Assembly (NCBI GenBank): GCA_964638655.1
Contig: CAZWZX010000001.1
Location: forward strand, 1,788-50,629
DNA from: an uncultured Natronomonas sp.
GTDB lineage: Archaea; Halobacteriota; Halobacteria; Halobacteriales; Haloarculaceae
Reading direction: 5' to 3'
DNA: 48,842 nt
In this document: one piece after another, positions 20,005 to 29,693 of the stretch
How positions within the stretch are numbered: the stretch's first letter is position 1
Layout of the letters: each line of letters starts with the position of its first letter
Program-made: the position numbers and the translations under genes
The notes under the pieces: model-generated
The model's input: only the letters and a program-made list of their open reading frames with translations
Told to the model about the DNA's origin: nothing
Database searches by the model: none

Positions 20005-20871
20005 ATGATCGCAGAAGCAGAGTACCATACACCGACAGACGTCGAATCGGCGTGTCGCCTCCTCGCCGACAACGACGAGGCGGTCGTCGTCGCCGGCGGA
20101 CAGTCGCTTTCGCTCCTGACGAAGGAGGGGATCCTCTCGCCGGACGTCCTCGTCGACATCAAGGGGATCGAACAGCTCGAAGGGATCGAGGCGGACGACG
20201 GCGGGCTCCGGATCGGCGCGACGACCACTCACCGGGACATCGAGACCTCGGAGACCGTCGCCGGGGCGCTGCCTGCGCTTTCGGAGTCGGCGAGCCGGAT
20301 CGCCGACGTCCAGATCCGAAACGCCGGGACGATCGGCGGCGTGGCCGCCTACGCCGACCCGACCGCCGATTACCCACCGGTGTTTCTCGTCTCCGAGGCG
20401 ACGATCGCCGCCGAAACCGTCGACGGACGGACCGAGTACGACGCCGAGGACTTCTTCGTCGGTTACTACCGCAGCGCCCTCGACGAGCAGGCGCTCGTCA
20501 CGGAAATTCGGCTACCGGTTCTCGACGCCGACGAGGCGATCGCCTACGAACGGCTGGCGTTCCGGGAGAACGACCGCGCGATCGTGAACGCCGCCGCCTA
20601 TCTCGCCGCGGAGGACGGAACGTGTACCGACGCCCGGATCGCGGTCGGTGCGACGACTAACAGACCGTTGCTGCTCGAGGAGCCAGTCGCCGAACTCGTC
20701 GACTCCGATCTCGCCGCGTCGACGCTGGAATCGGCCGCCGAAGCCGCCAGGGCGGAGACGCCGGTCGCTTCGGACCCGAGCATCGACGAGGCCTACCGCG
20801 AGGAGATGGTCGAGAACCTGGTCGAGAACGCGCTCGAAACCGCCGCAGAGCGGCTCGGAGGGACCCGATGA
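20005..20871 (+). CDS. Xanthine dehydrogenase family FAD-binding medium subunit (CoxM/CutM-like)
   Basis: VAGGQSL, LVDIKGI, LRIGA.TTH, QIRNAGTIGG, ADPTAD. Confidence 0.94.
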   Translation: MIAEAEYHTPTDVESACRLLADNDEAVVVAGGQSLSLLTKEGILSPDVLVDIKGIEQLEGIEADDGGLRIGATTTHRDIETSETVAGALPALSESASRIADVQIRNAGTIGGVAAYADPTADYPPVFLVSEATIAAETVDGRTEYDAEDFFVGYYRSALDEQALVTEIRLPVLDADEAIAYERLAFRENDRAIVNAAAYLAAEDGTCTDARIAVGATTNRPLLLEEPVAELVDSDLAASTLESAAEAARAETPVASDPSIDEAYREEMVENLVENALETAAERLGGTR

Positions 20872-21368
20872 CCGAACTCACGCTCACGGTGAACGGGACC
20901 GACCACGAGGTCGACGTCGACCCAGCCAGACCGCTCTCGGAAGTGCTCAGAGAGGAACTCGACCTGAAAGGGACGAAACAGGGCTGTTCGACCGGCGTCT
21001 GTGGCGCCTGCACCGTCCGGATCGACGGCGAGGCCCGGAAAGCCTGCATGCAGATGGTCGGCGGGGCCACCGAGACCGAGATCCAGACCGTCGAAGGGCT
21101 GGCCGACGGCGACGAACTGCACCCCGTCCAGGAGGGGTTCGTCGAGGAGTTCGGCCTCCAGTGTGGGTTCTGCACGCCCGGATTCATCATGTCCGCCGTC
21201 TCCTTGCTCGAGGAGAACCCGGATCCGACCGACGAAGAGATCAAGACCGCCATCCACGGCAACACCTGTCGGTGTACCGGCTACACCAAGATCGTCGACA
21301 GCATCCGGTACGCGGCCGAACAGCTCAACTCGGGGGAGACGAGCGAACTCACCTCCCCCTCGGACTGA
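20868..21368 (+). CDS. Xanthine dehydrogenase family 2x(2Fe-2S) small subunit (CoxS/CutS-like)
   Basis: GTKQGCSTGVCGACTV..KAC and QCGFCTPG...NTCRCTGY; ATGA overlap with M. Confidence 0.96.
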   Translation: MTELTLTVNGTDHEVDVDPARPLSEVLREELDLKGTKQGCSTGVCGACTVRIDGEARKACMQMVGGATETEIQTVEGLADGDELHPVQEGFVEEFGLQCGFCTPGFIMSAVSLLEENPDPTDEEIKTAIHGNTCRCTGYTKIVDSIRYAAEQLNSGETSELTSPSD

Positions 21369-23749
21369 TGACCGACGACACCGAACCGCACGCGATCGGC
21401 AAGGACACGCCCCGAAAGGACGCCGTCGGGAAAGTGACCGGCAAGACGACGTACACGTCCGATCTGGATCTCCCCGGGATGTGGCACGCCGCGGTCGTCC
21501 GGAGCCCGCACGCCCACGCGAGGGTGCGGGATATCGACACCAGTGAGGCCGAGGAGATGGGAGCGGTCTGTATCACCAGCGAGGACGTCCCGGATCTGCG
21601 GTACAACGAACGGACGATCAGCCTCCCGGAGGCGACGTTCAAGGACAAGACGGTCCTCACCGATCATCCCAGACAGGTCGGGGAGGCGGTCGCCGCGGTC
21701 GCCGCCCCGAGCAAGGAGCTCGCCGAGGCCGCCAAAGCGGCGATCGACGTCTCCTATGAGGCGCTCGAACACGTCACCGATCCCGGGGCGGCGATGGCTG
21801 AAGGGGCGCCGACGTTACACGAGACGGTCGTCCTCGACGGCGAGGAACTCGAGATCGAGAACAACGTCGCGACCGAACGCGAGATCGACGTCGGGGACGC
21901 CGAGGCGGGCTTTGAGAAAGCGGACGTCGTCCTCGAGGAGTCCTTCGAGACCGGGCGGGCGTATCACGCCCAACTGGAGACCAAATCGTCCGTCTGTCGG
22001 CCCGAGCCGAACGGCGGGATCACCGTCTGGCCGACGACCCAGACGATCCACAACACGCGACAGCTCCTCGGGGAGATCTTCGATCTCAAGCTCTCGGATA
22101 TCAACGTCAAGAAGATGCCGCTCGGGGGCTCGTTCGGGTCGAGCATCCAGATGAACTCCGTCGTCCCCATCTCGGTCGCGCTGGCGCTCGCGGCCGATCG
22201 CCCCGTCAAACTGGTTTCGAGCCGCGACGTCGATATGTACGATCACTGTCGGTACCCTACGGAGATCGATCTCAAGATCGGCGCGACGGAGGACGGCGAA
22301 CTCGTCGCCGCCGAGATGGACACGCTGACCGACGTCGGCTCGCATAACATCCAGGCGTACCCGTTCCTCGGCGTGATGGGCGGGTTCGTCGCGTCGCTGT
22401 ATAACTTCGATCACGTCCGGTTTACCGGGCGTGCCGTCTACACGAACAAGGCGCCGGCGTGTGCGATGCAGGGCTTTGCGAACCCCCAGACGACCTTCGC
22501 CGTCGAGTCGCTGGTCGACGCGATCGCCGAGGAGCTCGGCGTCGATCCGGTCGAGCTCATCCGCGAGAACTACGTCGGCGAGGGGGACACGTTCTGGGGA
22601 CAGGGCCCCTCGATCAAATCGATCGTCAAAAGCGACGGTGTCGAGGAGTTACTCGACGAGGGCGCCGAGCGGATCGGCTGGGATTCGCGTCGTCACCCCG
22701 AAGAGAAGGAGGGCCGGTTCCGGCGCGGGATCGGCATGGCTCGCGGCCTACACACCTCCGGCACGGGCGGTCCGGTCCCCGGCGAGGCGGTCGATTACTC
22801 CGGCGCGCTCGTCAAGATCAACGAGGACGGCTCTATCGATCTCGTCACCGCGCTGCAGGACCACGGCGGCGGGACGCTCGATGCGGGGGCGAAGATGGTC
22901 GCCGAGGAGCTAGACGTACCGATCGACAGCGTGAGCGTCTCCCCGACCGACACGAAAAACACCGTCTACGACGTCTGTACCCACGCGACTCGCGGTGTCT
23001 ACGCCGGCGGAGCGGCGATCCACAAGGCCGCGAAACAGGCCAGAGAACAGCTCCTGGAGTTCGGCTCCCGGATCCTCGAGGTGCCCCCGGACGCGATCCG
23101 GATCGAGCCGGACTTCGAGGAGGGCGACGGCTGTCTCTACGTCGAGGGGATCCCCGAAAAGCGCATCACGATCGGGGAGGTCACAAAGATCGCCGAGCAC
23201 AAGAACTGGGGCACCGTCGCCGCGGTGGTCAGCAACCGGCAGACGTCGTGTCCGCCCGCCTACTCGGCGCAGTTCGTCGAACTCGAGGTCGACACCCGGA
23301 CGGGCGAGATCGAGCTGTTGAACGTCGTGTTGGGCAACGACTCCGGGACGATCATCAACCCGACGCCGGCGAAGGGCCAGCAGGTCGGCGGCTTTCACCG
23401 CGGCGCCGGCTATGCGCTCTCGGAGACGACCACCTACGACGAGGACTCCGGCCGGATGATAAACGCCAATCTCGCGGATTACAAGACGCTTTCCGCCTCG
23501 GGAATGCCCGAAAACGACGCCGTAGAGACGTTCTTCGTCGAGACCGACGAGCCGAGCGGTCCCTTCGGAGCCAAGGGGATCGCCGAACCCTGCATCAACC
23601 CCACCGCGGCCGCGATCGCGAACGCCGTCTACAACGCGACCGGGGTCCGCTTTACCGAGATCCCGATGACCCCGGATCACGTTCTCGAACGGCTTCCGGA
23701 GGGAGCGGCGAAGGCCGATACGCCGCCGGCCGCGGCCGACGACGACTGA
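21368..23749 (+). CDS. Second xanthine dehydrogenase family molybdopterin-binding large subunit (L2)
   Basis: Starts at ATG 21368 (TGATG overlap); KVTG...Y..D...PGM...VRSPHAHA, YHAQLE, GGSFG, AMQGFA, DHGGG, THATRG, GPFGAKGIAE. Confidence 0.93.
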   Translation: MTDDTEPHAIGKDTPRKDAVGKVTGKTTYTSDLDLPGMWHAAVVRSPHAHARVRDIDTSEAEEMGAVCITSEDVPDLRYNERTISLPEATFKDKTVLTDHPRQVGEAVAAVAAPSKELAEAAKAAIDVSYEALEHVTDPGAAMAEGAPTLHETVVLDGEELEIENNVATEREIDVGDAEAGFEKADVVLEESFETGRAYHAQLETKSSVCRPEPNGGITVWPTTQTIHNTRQLLGEIFDLKLSDINVKKMPLGGSFGSSIQMNSVVPISVALALAADRPVKLVSSRDVDMYDHCRYPTEIDLKIGATEDGELVAAEMDTLTDVGSHNIQAYPFLGVMGGFVASLYNFDHVRFTGRAVYTNKAPACAMQGFANPQTTFAVESLVDAIAEELGVDPVELIRENYVGEGDTFWGQGPSIKSIVKSDGVEELLDEGAERIGWDSRRHPEEKEGRFRRGIGMARGLHTSGTGGPVPGEAVDYSGALVKINEDGSIDLVTALQDHGGGTLDAGAKMVAEELDVPIDSVSVSPTDTKNTVYDVCTHATRGVYAGGAAIHKAAKQAREQLLEFGSRILEVPPDAIRIEPDFEEGDGCLYVEGIPEKRITIGEVTKIAEHKNWGTVAAVVSNRQTSCPPAYSAQFVELEVDTRTGEIELLNVVLGNDSGTIINPTPAKGQQVGGFHRGAGYALSETTTYDEDSGRMINANLADYKTLSASGMPENDAVETFFVETDEPSGPFGAKGIAEPCINPTAAAIANAVYNATGVRFTEIPMTPDHVLERLPEGAAKADTPPAAADDD

Positions 23750-23783
23750 GCCGGCGTTCGGGTTTCGGTAACCACCATCAAGA

Positions 23784-23792
23784 TTTATATAA
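23784..23792 (+). promoter_or_regulatory. Putative TATA box of coxG
   Basis: TTTATATAA 21-29 nt before ATG 23813. Confidence 0.55.
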
Positions 23793-23812
23793 TTGGTGTT
23801 TAATCTCCCTGT

Positions 23813-24280
23813 ATGGAGCTCTCAGAGGAGCGCATACTGGTGGCTGTCCCGCGCGAAACCGTCATCGAGGAGATGCAGAGACCGGAGACCCTCGAGCGCA
23901 CCATCCCGAACTGCAGTCACGTCGAGCAGACGGCCGAACGCGAGTATCGGGCCGAGGTGAGCGAGCGGATCTCGATGATGTCGCTCGATCTGGAGCTCGA
24001 TATCGAGGTCGTCCGGTTCAACCCGCCGGACGACTTCGCGGTCGCCGTCTCCGGACACGGTGACGGCTCCGACACCCGCGTGAGCGCGGAGGCGGACTTC
24101 GATCTCTCCGAGACCGACGACGGCCGAACGGCGATCGATTTCGAGATGAACATCGACGTCAGCGGCAAACTCGCATCGCTCGGCTTCCGGATGATCCGTA
24201 GCACGGTCGAGGAGCGGACCGACCAGATGATCGAAAACATCGAGGAGACGTTCGCCGAACAGTCGACCTCCTCGGCGTGA
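23813..24280 (+). CDS. CoxG/SRPBCC family protein
   Basis: PETLERTIPNC, VSGKLASLG.RMI motifs; follows the Mo-hydroxylase genes. Confidence 0.87.
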   Translation: MELSEERILVAVPRETVIEEMQRPETLERTIPNCSHVEQTAEREYRAEVSERISMMSLDLELDIEVVRFNPPDDFAVAVSGHGDGSDTRVSAEADFDLSETDDGRTAIDFEMNIDVSGKLASLGFRMIRSTVEERTDQMIENIEETFAEQSTSSA

Positions 24281-24297
24281 TCCGGCGGCGAGATCGA

Positions 24298-25908
24298 TTA
24301 CTCTATCGGCTCTTCGAGTGCTTTCTCGAGACGTGCCTCGAGCAGTCCGGATCGGACGAGCGTTTCGACGCGCTCGATCTCGTCGTGAAGCGGTCGGTCG
24401 TCCTCGAGCGGCTCGACGAGTTCCCGAACCGTCTCGTAGACGGCTCCCGTTCCGGCTCCGTGTTCGCCGAGGTCGTCGTCGAGGAACTCGGCGGCCTGTG
24501 CACCGCAGAGTAGCTCGATCGCGACGACGGTGGCGAGACAGTCGAGCGCCCGTCGCGCGTTGAGCGCGCTCTGGGTACTCATGCTGACGTGGTCCTCCTG
24601 GTTTCCGCTAACTGGCGTCGTATCGATCGACGCGCGACCGATCGATCGGAGCTCGTTGACCATCGCCGCCGCGGTGTACTGGGCGATCATGTAACCGGAG
24701 CCAAGCCCGCTCTGTGGCGTCAGAAACGGCGGGAGATGGGACTCCTGGACGTTCGGGTTGAGCAACCTGTCGACCCGTCGCTCGCCGATGGCGGCCAGTT
24801 CGGTCACCGCGCCGAGCGCGTAATCGAGCCGCAGCGCCAGCGGCTCGCCGTGGAAGTTTCCACCGGAGACGACCCGGGCGTTCTCGGTGCCGCTCGCCCG
24901 GTCGTCGATCCGGCTCCCGTCGAACAGAAGCGGGTTGTCCGTCGCGCTGTTGAGTTCGGTTTCGACCGCCTCCCGGAGATGCGACAGCGCGTCCCGGACC
25001 GCCCCGTGGACCTGCGGGATACACCGCACGGAGTAGGGGTCCTGGACGCGATCGCAGTCGCGATGCGACATGACGATCTCGGAATCGGCCGTCAGCCGCT
25101 TGACGTTTCTGGCCGTCGCCAGCTGTCCGGGGTGCGGCCGGGCCTCGTGGATCGCCGCCTCGGCGATCGTGTCCGTCCCCATCGACACCTCGAGCGAGAG
25201 CGAGCCAGCGGCGTCGGCCGCACGCAGCGCCCGCTCGGCGTCGACGAGAAACAGCGAGGCTAGACCGGCCGTCAACTGTGTACCGTTGATCAACGCCAGC
25301 CCCTCCTTTGCGGTGAGCGTCACCGGATCGAGTCCGACCCGATCCAGCGCCTCCCCGCCCGAACACCGGGCCGAATCCTCGCTCGGCTGGGGCTTTCGGC
25401 CGTCGGTATCGACGACCGCCCGCCCTTCGCCGATCAACACGAGCGAGGCGTGCGCAAGCGGTGCGAGATCGCCGCTCGCCCCGAGGCTACCGCGGGATCT
25501 GACGTACGGGTGAACGCCCCGGTTGAGCATCCCGACGAGGCGATCGACGACGCGTTCGCGGATGCCGGAGTGGCCGACCGCCAAAGCGTTGATCCGCGTG
25601 AGCAACAGCGCACGGACCTCGGCGCGGGTCAGTGGCCGCCCCGCCCCCGAAGCGTGGCTCCGGAGGAGGTTCACCTGTAGCTGTCCGATGTCTTCGGGCG
25701 GGATCCGCTCGTCGACCAGTTCCCCGAACCCGGTGTTGATCCCGTAGGCGATCGTCCCGTCCTCGACGATCTCGTCGACCCGCGCTCTGGCCGTCCGGAT
25801 ATCGGCTCTGGCCTCTTCAGAGACTGTTACGCGGGCGTTCTCCCGTGCGACCGCGACGACTTCCTCGGGGGTCAGCGTGGAGCCGTCACAGACGACCTCA
25901 TCGGGCAT
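24298..25908 (-). CDS. hutH: Histidine ammonia-lyase
   Basis: YGINTGFG, NLLRSH, GSLGASGDLAPLAH (MIO), KEGLALINGT, RVQDPYS.RC.PQVHG, GGNFHG, NQEDHVSM. Confidence 0.96.
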   Translation of the reverse strand: MPDEVVCDGSTLTPEEVVAVARENARVTVSEEARADIRTARARVDEIVEDGTIAYGINTGFGELVDERIPPEDIGQLQVNLLRSHASGAGRPLTRAEVRALLLTRINALAVGHSGIRERVVDRLVGMLNRGVHPYVRSRGSLGASGDLAPLAHASLVLIGEGRAVVDTDGRKPQPSEDSARCSGGEALDRVGLDPVTLTAKEGLALINGTQLTAGLASLFLVDAERALRAADAAGSLSLEVSMGTDTIAEAAIHEARPHPGQLATARNVKRLTADSEIVMSHRDCDRVQDPYSVRCIPQVHGAVRDALSHLREAVETELNSATDNPLLFDGSRIDDRASGTENARVVSGGNFHGEPLALRLDYALGAVTELAAIGERRVDRLLNPNVQESHLPPFLTPQSGLGSGYMIAQYTAAAMVNELRSIGRASIDTTPVSGNQEDHVSMSTQSALNARRALDCLATVVAIELLCGAQAAEFLDDDLGEHGAGTGAVYETVRELVEPLEDDRPLHDEIERVETLVRSGLLEARLEKALEEPIE

Positions 25909-27118
25909 GGACGACCTCCCCGCCTTTGAGGACAGTCTCGACGCGGTTTACGCCGAAGTTATACGGGACGTGAACGAACGAGGGCGCGTCGAGGACGCAG
26001 ATATCCGCCGGCGTCCCCGCCTCCAGCAGTCCGCCCGCCGGGCGATCGATCGAACGCGCCGCGTTGTGCGTCGCGGCGACGAGCGACTGGGCCGGCGTCA
26101 TCCGCATGCCGACACAGCCGAGCGTCATCGCATAGCCCATACTGTGAGCGTAACAGTTCGGGTTGAAATCGGTCGCCAGCGCCACCGGCGCGTCCTCCGC
26201 CAACATTCCTTGCGCGTCGGCGTATTCCGCTCCCAGTCCGAAAGCCGTACCGGGCAACAACACCGGCACCGTCCCGGCGTCGTTTAGCGCCCGGACGTCC
26301 CCGGTCGTCGCGTGCAGGAGGTGATCGGCGCTCGTCGCACCGAGGTCGGCGGCGAGTGCTGCTCCGCCGAGCCGGACGAACTCCTCGGCGTGGACTTTCG
26401 GCTTGAGCCCGTGCTCTAGCCCGGCCTCGAGGACTCGCCGGGACTGTTCGACGTCGAAGACGCCCTCCTCACAGAAGACGTCGCAGAACTCCGCGATCCC
26501 CTGGGATTCGACGGCCGGCAGCTGTTCGTCGACCACGTCATCGACGTACCGATCCGCCCCCGTCCCCTCGGGGACGGCGTGGGCACCCATATACGTCGGC
26601 ACGAGGTCGATCGGATGGCGCTCGTCGGCCCGCTCGATCGTTTCGAGCATCCGCAGTTCGGTCTCCGTATCGAGGCCGTACCCCGATTTCACCTCGACCG
26701 TCGTCGATCCGTGTGCGAGCATGACATCGAGGTGTTCGAGGAGGTCCTCGAGCAACGTCTCGTCGTCGGCTTCGCGCGTCGCCCGGACCGTCCGGAGGAT
26801 CCCTCCGCCCTCCGCGAGGATCTCCTGATATCTCTTCCCGCGGAGTTTCGCCTCGAACTCGTCGGATCGGTCCCCGGCGAAGACGGCGTGGGTGTGCGGA
26901 TCGACGAAGCCGGGGGTGACCGTCTTTCCGGTCGCGTCGATCGCCACCTCGGCGTTCTCGGGCGGATGTTCGGCGACGATCGTCCCCGTGTCACCGACGG
27001 CCTCGATCTCGCCGTCGCGTACCGCCACCGCGCCGTTTTCGATCGTTTCGAGTTCCCCGCCCGACCGAACGGCCGCGATCTCGGCCGCGCCGTGGATCAC
27101 CGCGTCGAGGTCGCTCAT
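25898..27118 (-). CDS. hutI: Imidazolonepropionase
   Basis: [47 protein letters not shown]; ATG 27118 overlaps the hutU stop (ATGA). Confidence 0.96.
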   Translation of the reverse strand: MSDLDAVIHGAAEIAAVRSGGELETIENGAVAVRDGEIEAVGDTGTIVAEHPPENAEVAIDATGKTVTPGFVDPHTHAVFAGDRSDEFEAKLRGKRYQEILAEGGGILRTVRATREADDETLLEDLLEHLDVMLAHGSTTVEVKSGYGLDTETELRMLETIERADERHPIDLVPTYMGAHAVPEGTGADRYVDDVVDEQLPAVESQGIAEFCDVFCEEGVFDVEQSRRVLEAGLEHGLKPKVHAEEFVRLGGAALAADLGATSADHLLHATTGDVRALNDAGTVPVLLPGTAFGLGAEYADAQGMLAEDAPVALATDFNPNCYAHSMGYAMTLGCVGMRMTPAQSLVAATHNAARSIDRPAGGLLEAGTPADICVLDAPSFVHVPYNFGVNRVETVLKGGEVVHAR

Positions 27119-28857
27119 TGCTCGCGCATCGGGATCTCGACGTTCGATCGTTCGGCCTCGTCGATGGCGTCCCCGTAGCCGGCGTCCGCGTGTCGGATCA
27201 CGCCCATCCCGGGATCGGTCGTGAAGACCCGGCGGGCGTTCTCGGCGGCGAGTTCGGTCCCATCGAGGACGACGTGGTTGTTCGTGTGCAGCGAGTTCCC
27301 GATCCCGACGCCGCCGCCGTCGTGGACGGAGACGATGTCGGCCCCCGCCGCGCAGTTGAGGAGGGCGTTCAGGATCGGCCAATCGGCCACCGCGTCGGTG
27401 CCGTCCTTCATGTCCTCGGTTTCCCGGAAGGGGCTGGCGACGCTGCCCGCATCGAGGTGGTCACGGGTGACCACGACCGGCGCCGAGATCTCTCCCTCGG
27501 CGACGAGTTCGTTGATCCGCAACGCGAAACGGGCCCGTTCGGTCAGTCGCTCGTCGCCCGCCTCGCTTTCGGTGTTGTAACCGAGCCAACAGACCCGGCT
27601 CGGAAGCCCCTGGAACTGGACCTGCTCCTGTGCGAGTTCGATCCACCGCTCGAGGTGGTCCTTCTCGGGGAACAACTCGAGGATCGCCTCGTCGGTCCGG
27701 TAGATGTCGTCGGGGTCACCCGACAGCGCCGCCCAGCGGAACGGCCCCTTCCCGCGACAGAACTGGGGGCGGATGTACGCCGGCACGAAGCCGGGAAAGT
27801 CGAATGCGTTCCCGTGGTCGCGGTTCTCCTGAACCTGACCCCGGATGTTGTTGCCGTACTCGAAGGCGACCGCGCCCCGATCCTGCATCTCGAGGATCGC
27901 GTCGAGATGTCGCTCCATGGTGTCGAGACTCGCCTCGCGGTAGCGCTCGGGGTCGGTCTCGCGGAGTTCCTCGGCCTCATCGACCGTATAGCCGGCGGGG
28001 TAATACCCCTCCATCACGTCGTGGGCGCTCGTCTGGTCCGTGACGACGTCGGGGACGAACCCCCGATCGAGCATCGCTTCGAGCATGTCGGCGGCGTTCA
28101 TGTGGACGCCGACGCTGTAGGGCTCGCCGGCAGCGGCGGCCCCCTTCGCCCGTTCGAGTGCGTCGTCGAGATCGTCGGCTTTCTCCATGCAGTAGCCGGT
28201 TTCGATCCGCCGGTCGATGCGTTTCTCGTCGACTTCGGCGACGACACAGACGCCGTAGTTCATCGTCGCGGCGAGCGGCTGTGCGCCGCTCATCCCGCCC
28301 AACCCGGCGGTGACGACCGTGTTCCCCCGGAGGTCACCGTCGTACTCCTGGCGGGCGAGTTCGGCGAGCGTCTCGTAGGTTCCCTGGATGATCCCCTGCG
28401 TGCCGATGTAGGCCCACGAACCGGCGGTCATCTGGCCGTACATGATCTTGCCCTCCGCTTCCAGTTCGTGGAAGTGCTCCCAGTTGTCCCACTTGCCGAC
28501 GAGGTTCGAGTTCGCGATCAGCACGCGCGGCGACCGTTCGTGGGTCCGGAACACGCCCACCGGTTTGCCAGACTGGACGAGCAGTGTCTCGTCGTCCTCG
28601 AGCTCCCGGAGCTCCGAGAGGATCGCGTCGTAGGCGCCCCAGCTCCGGGCCGCCCGGCCCGCACCGCCGTAGACGACGAGGTTTTCGGGATCCTCCGCGA
28701 CCTCCGGATCGAGGTTGTTGTTGAGCATCCGGAGGGCCGCCTCCTGTCGCCACCCCTTACATTCGATGTCGGTGCCGGTCGGGGCCCCCTGGTACTCGAG
28801 CCACTGTTCGCTCGGGTTTCCGTGGTCGGCGTCGATCAGTTTTTCGTTACCGGGCAT
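27115..28857 (-). CDS. hutU: Urocanate hydratase
   Basis: [64 protein letters not shown]; ATG 28857 (alternative TTG 28887). Confidence 0.97.
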   Translation of the reverse strand: MPGNEKLIDADHGNPSEQWLEYQGAPTGTDIECKGWRQEAALRMLNNNLDPEVAEDPENLVVYGGAGRAARSWGAYDAILSELRELEDDETLLVQSGKPVGVFRTHERSPRVLIANSNLVGKWDNWEHFHELEAEGKIMYGQMTAGSWAYIGTQGIIQGTYETLAELARQEYDGDLRGNTVVTAGLGGMSGAQPLAATMNYGVCVVAEVDEKRIDRRIETGYCMEKADDLDDALERAKGAAAAGEPYSVGVHMNAADMLEAMLDRGFVPDVVTDQTSAHDVMEGYYPAGYTVDEAEELRETDPERYREASLDTMERHLDAILEMQDRGAVAFEYGNNIRGQVQENRDHGNAFDFPGFVPAYIRPQFCRGKGPFRWAALSGDPDDIYRTDEAILELFPEKDHLERWIELAQEQVQFQGLPSRVCWLGYNTESEAGDERLTERARFALRINELVAEGEISAPVVVTRDHLDAGSVASPFRETEDMKDGTDAVADWPILNALLNCAAGADIVSVHDGGGVGIGNSLHTNNHVVLDGTELAAENARRVFTTDPGMGVIRHADAGYGDAIDEAERSNVEIPMREQ

Positions 28858-28909
28858 ACCTAGGGAATCGTTCTCAAGGTGGTTCAACGATATCCCTCCT
28901 AGCGGCGGG

Positions 28910-28922
28910 TTTTAAATATATA
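28910..28922. promoter_or_regulatory. AT-only TATA element between divergent hutU and HTH-10 genes
   Basis: TTTTAAATATATA is the only strong TATA-like tract in the 82-nt gap and can be read on both strands. Confidence 0.6.
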
Positions 28923-28939
28923 CGGCCGAACTACGCCGT

Positions 28940-29602
28940 ATGTGCCTGTACGAAGCGACGTTCCGGGTCGCACACGACAGCGCCTACGCCGAACTGACAC
29001 GCGGCCGAGATCTGCGGCTCGAGATGTGGTGCAACGATCACTGCGACATGATACGGGCGACCGGAAACGACCGAGACGTTCTGACGGATCGGGTCGGGTC
29101 GACCGTGGGGATCCGGGACACGTACCGAACTGACGGTACGCTGCTTTTGGTTACCGACGACTGTTTGCGGACCCATCAGGAACCGTTGATCGAGGCGTAT
29201 CTCGCCGACCACGGCTGTCTGTCATGGCCGCCACAGCGGTACGAACACGGACAGCTCCTCGTGCAGGTACTCGCACTTTCCGAGGACAACCTCACCGAAC
29301 TCTATCAACAGCTCGTCGAGAACTTCCCGGTCACCGTCGAATCGAAACACCGGCAAACCCACGATGTTCTCGACGATACCGTCGGTCGATCCCGTTCGGT
29401 GACGTCGGAACTGACCGATCGGCAGGCCGAAGCGCTACACGCTGCCTACGAGTGTGGGTTCTACGAGATTCCGCGGGAGCACACGTCGGCAGAGATCGCC
29501 GAGACGCTCGATCTGGGGCGGCGGACGTTCGAAGAACACCTCCGCCGGGCCGAAGGGAAAATCGTCGGCGGTGTGGTCACCGAGCTCGACGAACCGGGGT
29601 GA
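28940..29602 (+). CDS. HTH-10 (bacterio-opsin activator-type HTH) transcriptional regulator, probable hut regulator
   Basis: C-terminal LTDRQ.EAL.AAY..GFYEIPR..T..EIAE.L.L...TF.EHLRRAE.K; divergent from hutU. Confidence 0.9.
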   Translation: MCLYEATFRVAHDSAYAELTRGRDLRLEMWCNDHCDMIRATGNDRDVLTDRVGSTVGIRDTYRTDGTLLLVTDDCLRTHQEPLIEAYLADHGCLSWPPQRYEHGQLLVQVLALSEDNLTELYQQLVENFPVTVESKHRQTHDVLDDTVGRSRSVTSELTDRQAEALHAAYECGFYEIPREHTSAEIAETLDLGRRTFEEHLRRAEGKIVGGVVTELDEPG

Positions 29603-29693
29603 TCGCCGCCGGTGTGAGACACACCCTTTTCGGGACGACGCGGATACCGCCGTCGGCCCAAACTATATATATCGTCTGCAGGTGACAGTTGAT

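Noticed and set aside
20648-21367. Apparent 1033-aa fusion extending L2 upstream
   Set aside because: The first 240 aa are Arg/Pro-rich off-frame reading of the M and S genes; the true start is ATG 21368 coupled to the S stop
17600-24280. Aerobic CO dehydrogenase (coxMSL-coxG)
   Set aside because: Neither large subunit has the form I (AYxCSFR) or form II (AYxGAGR) loop, and there is no coxDEF
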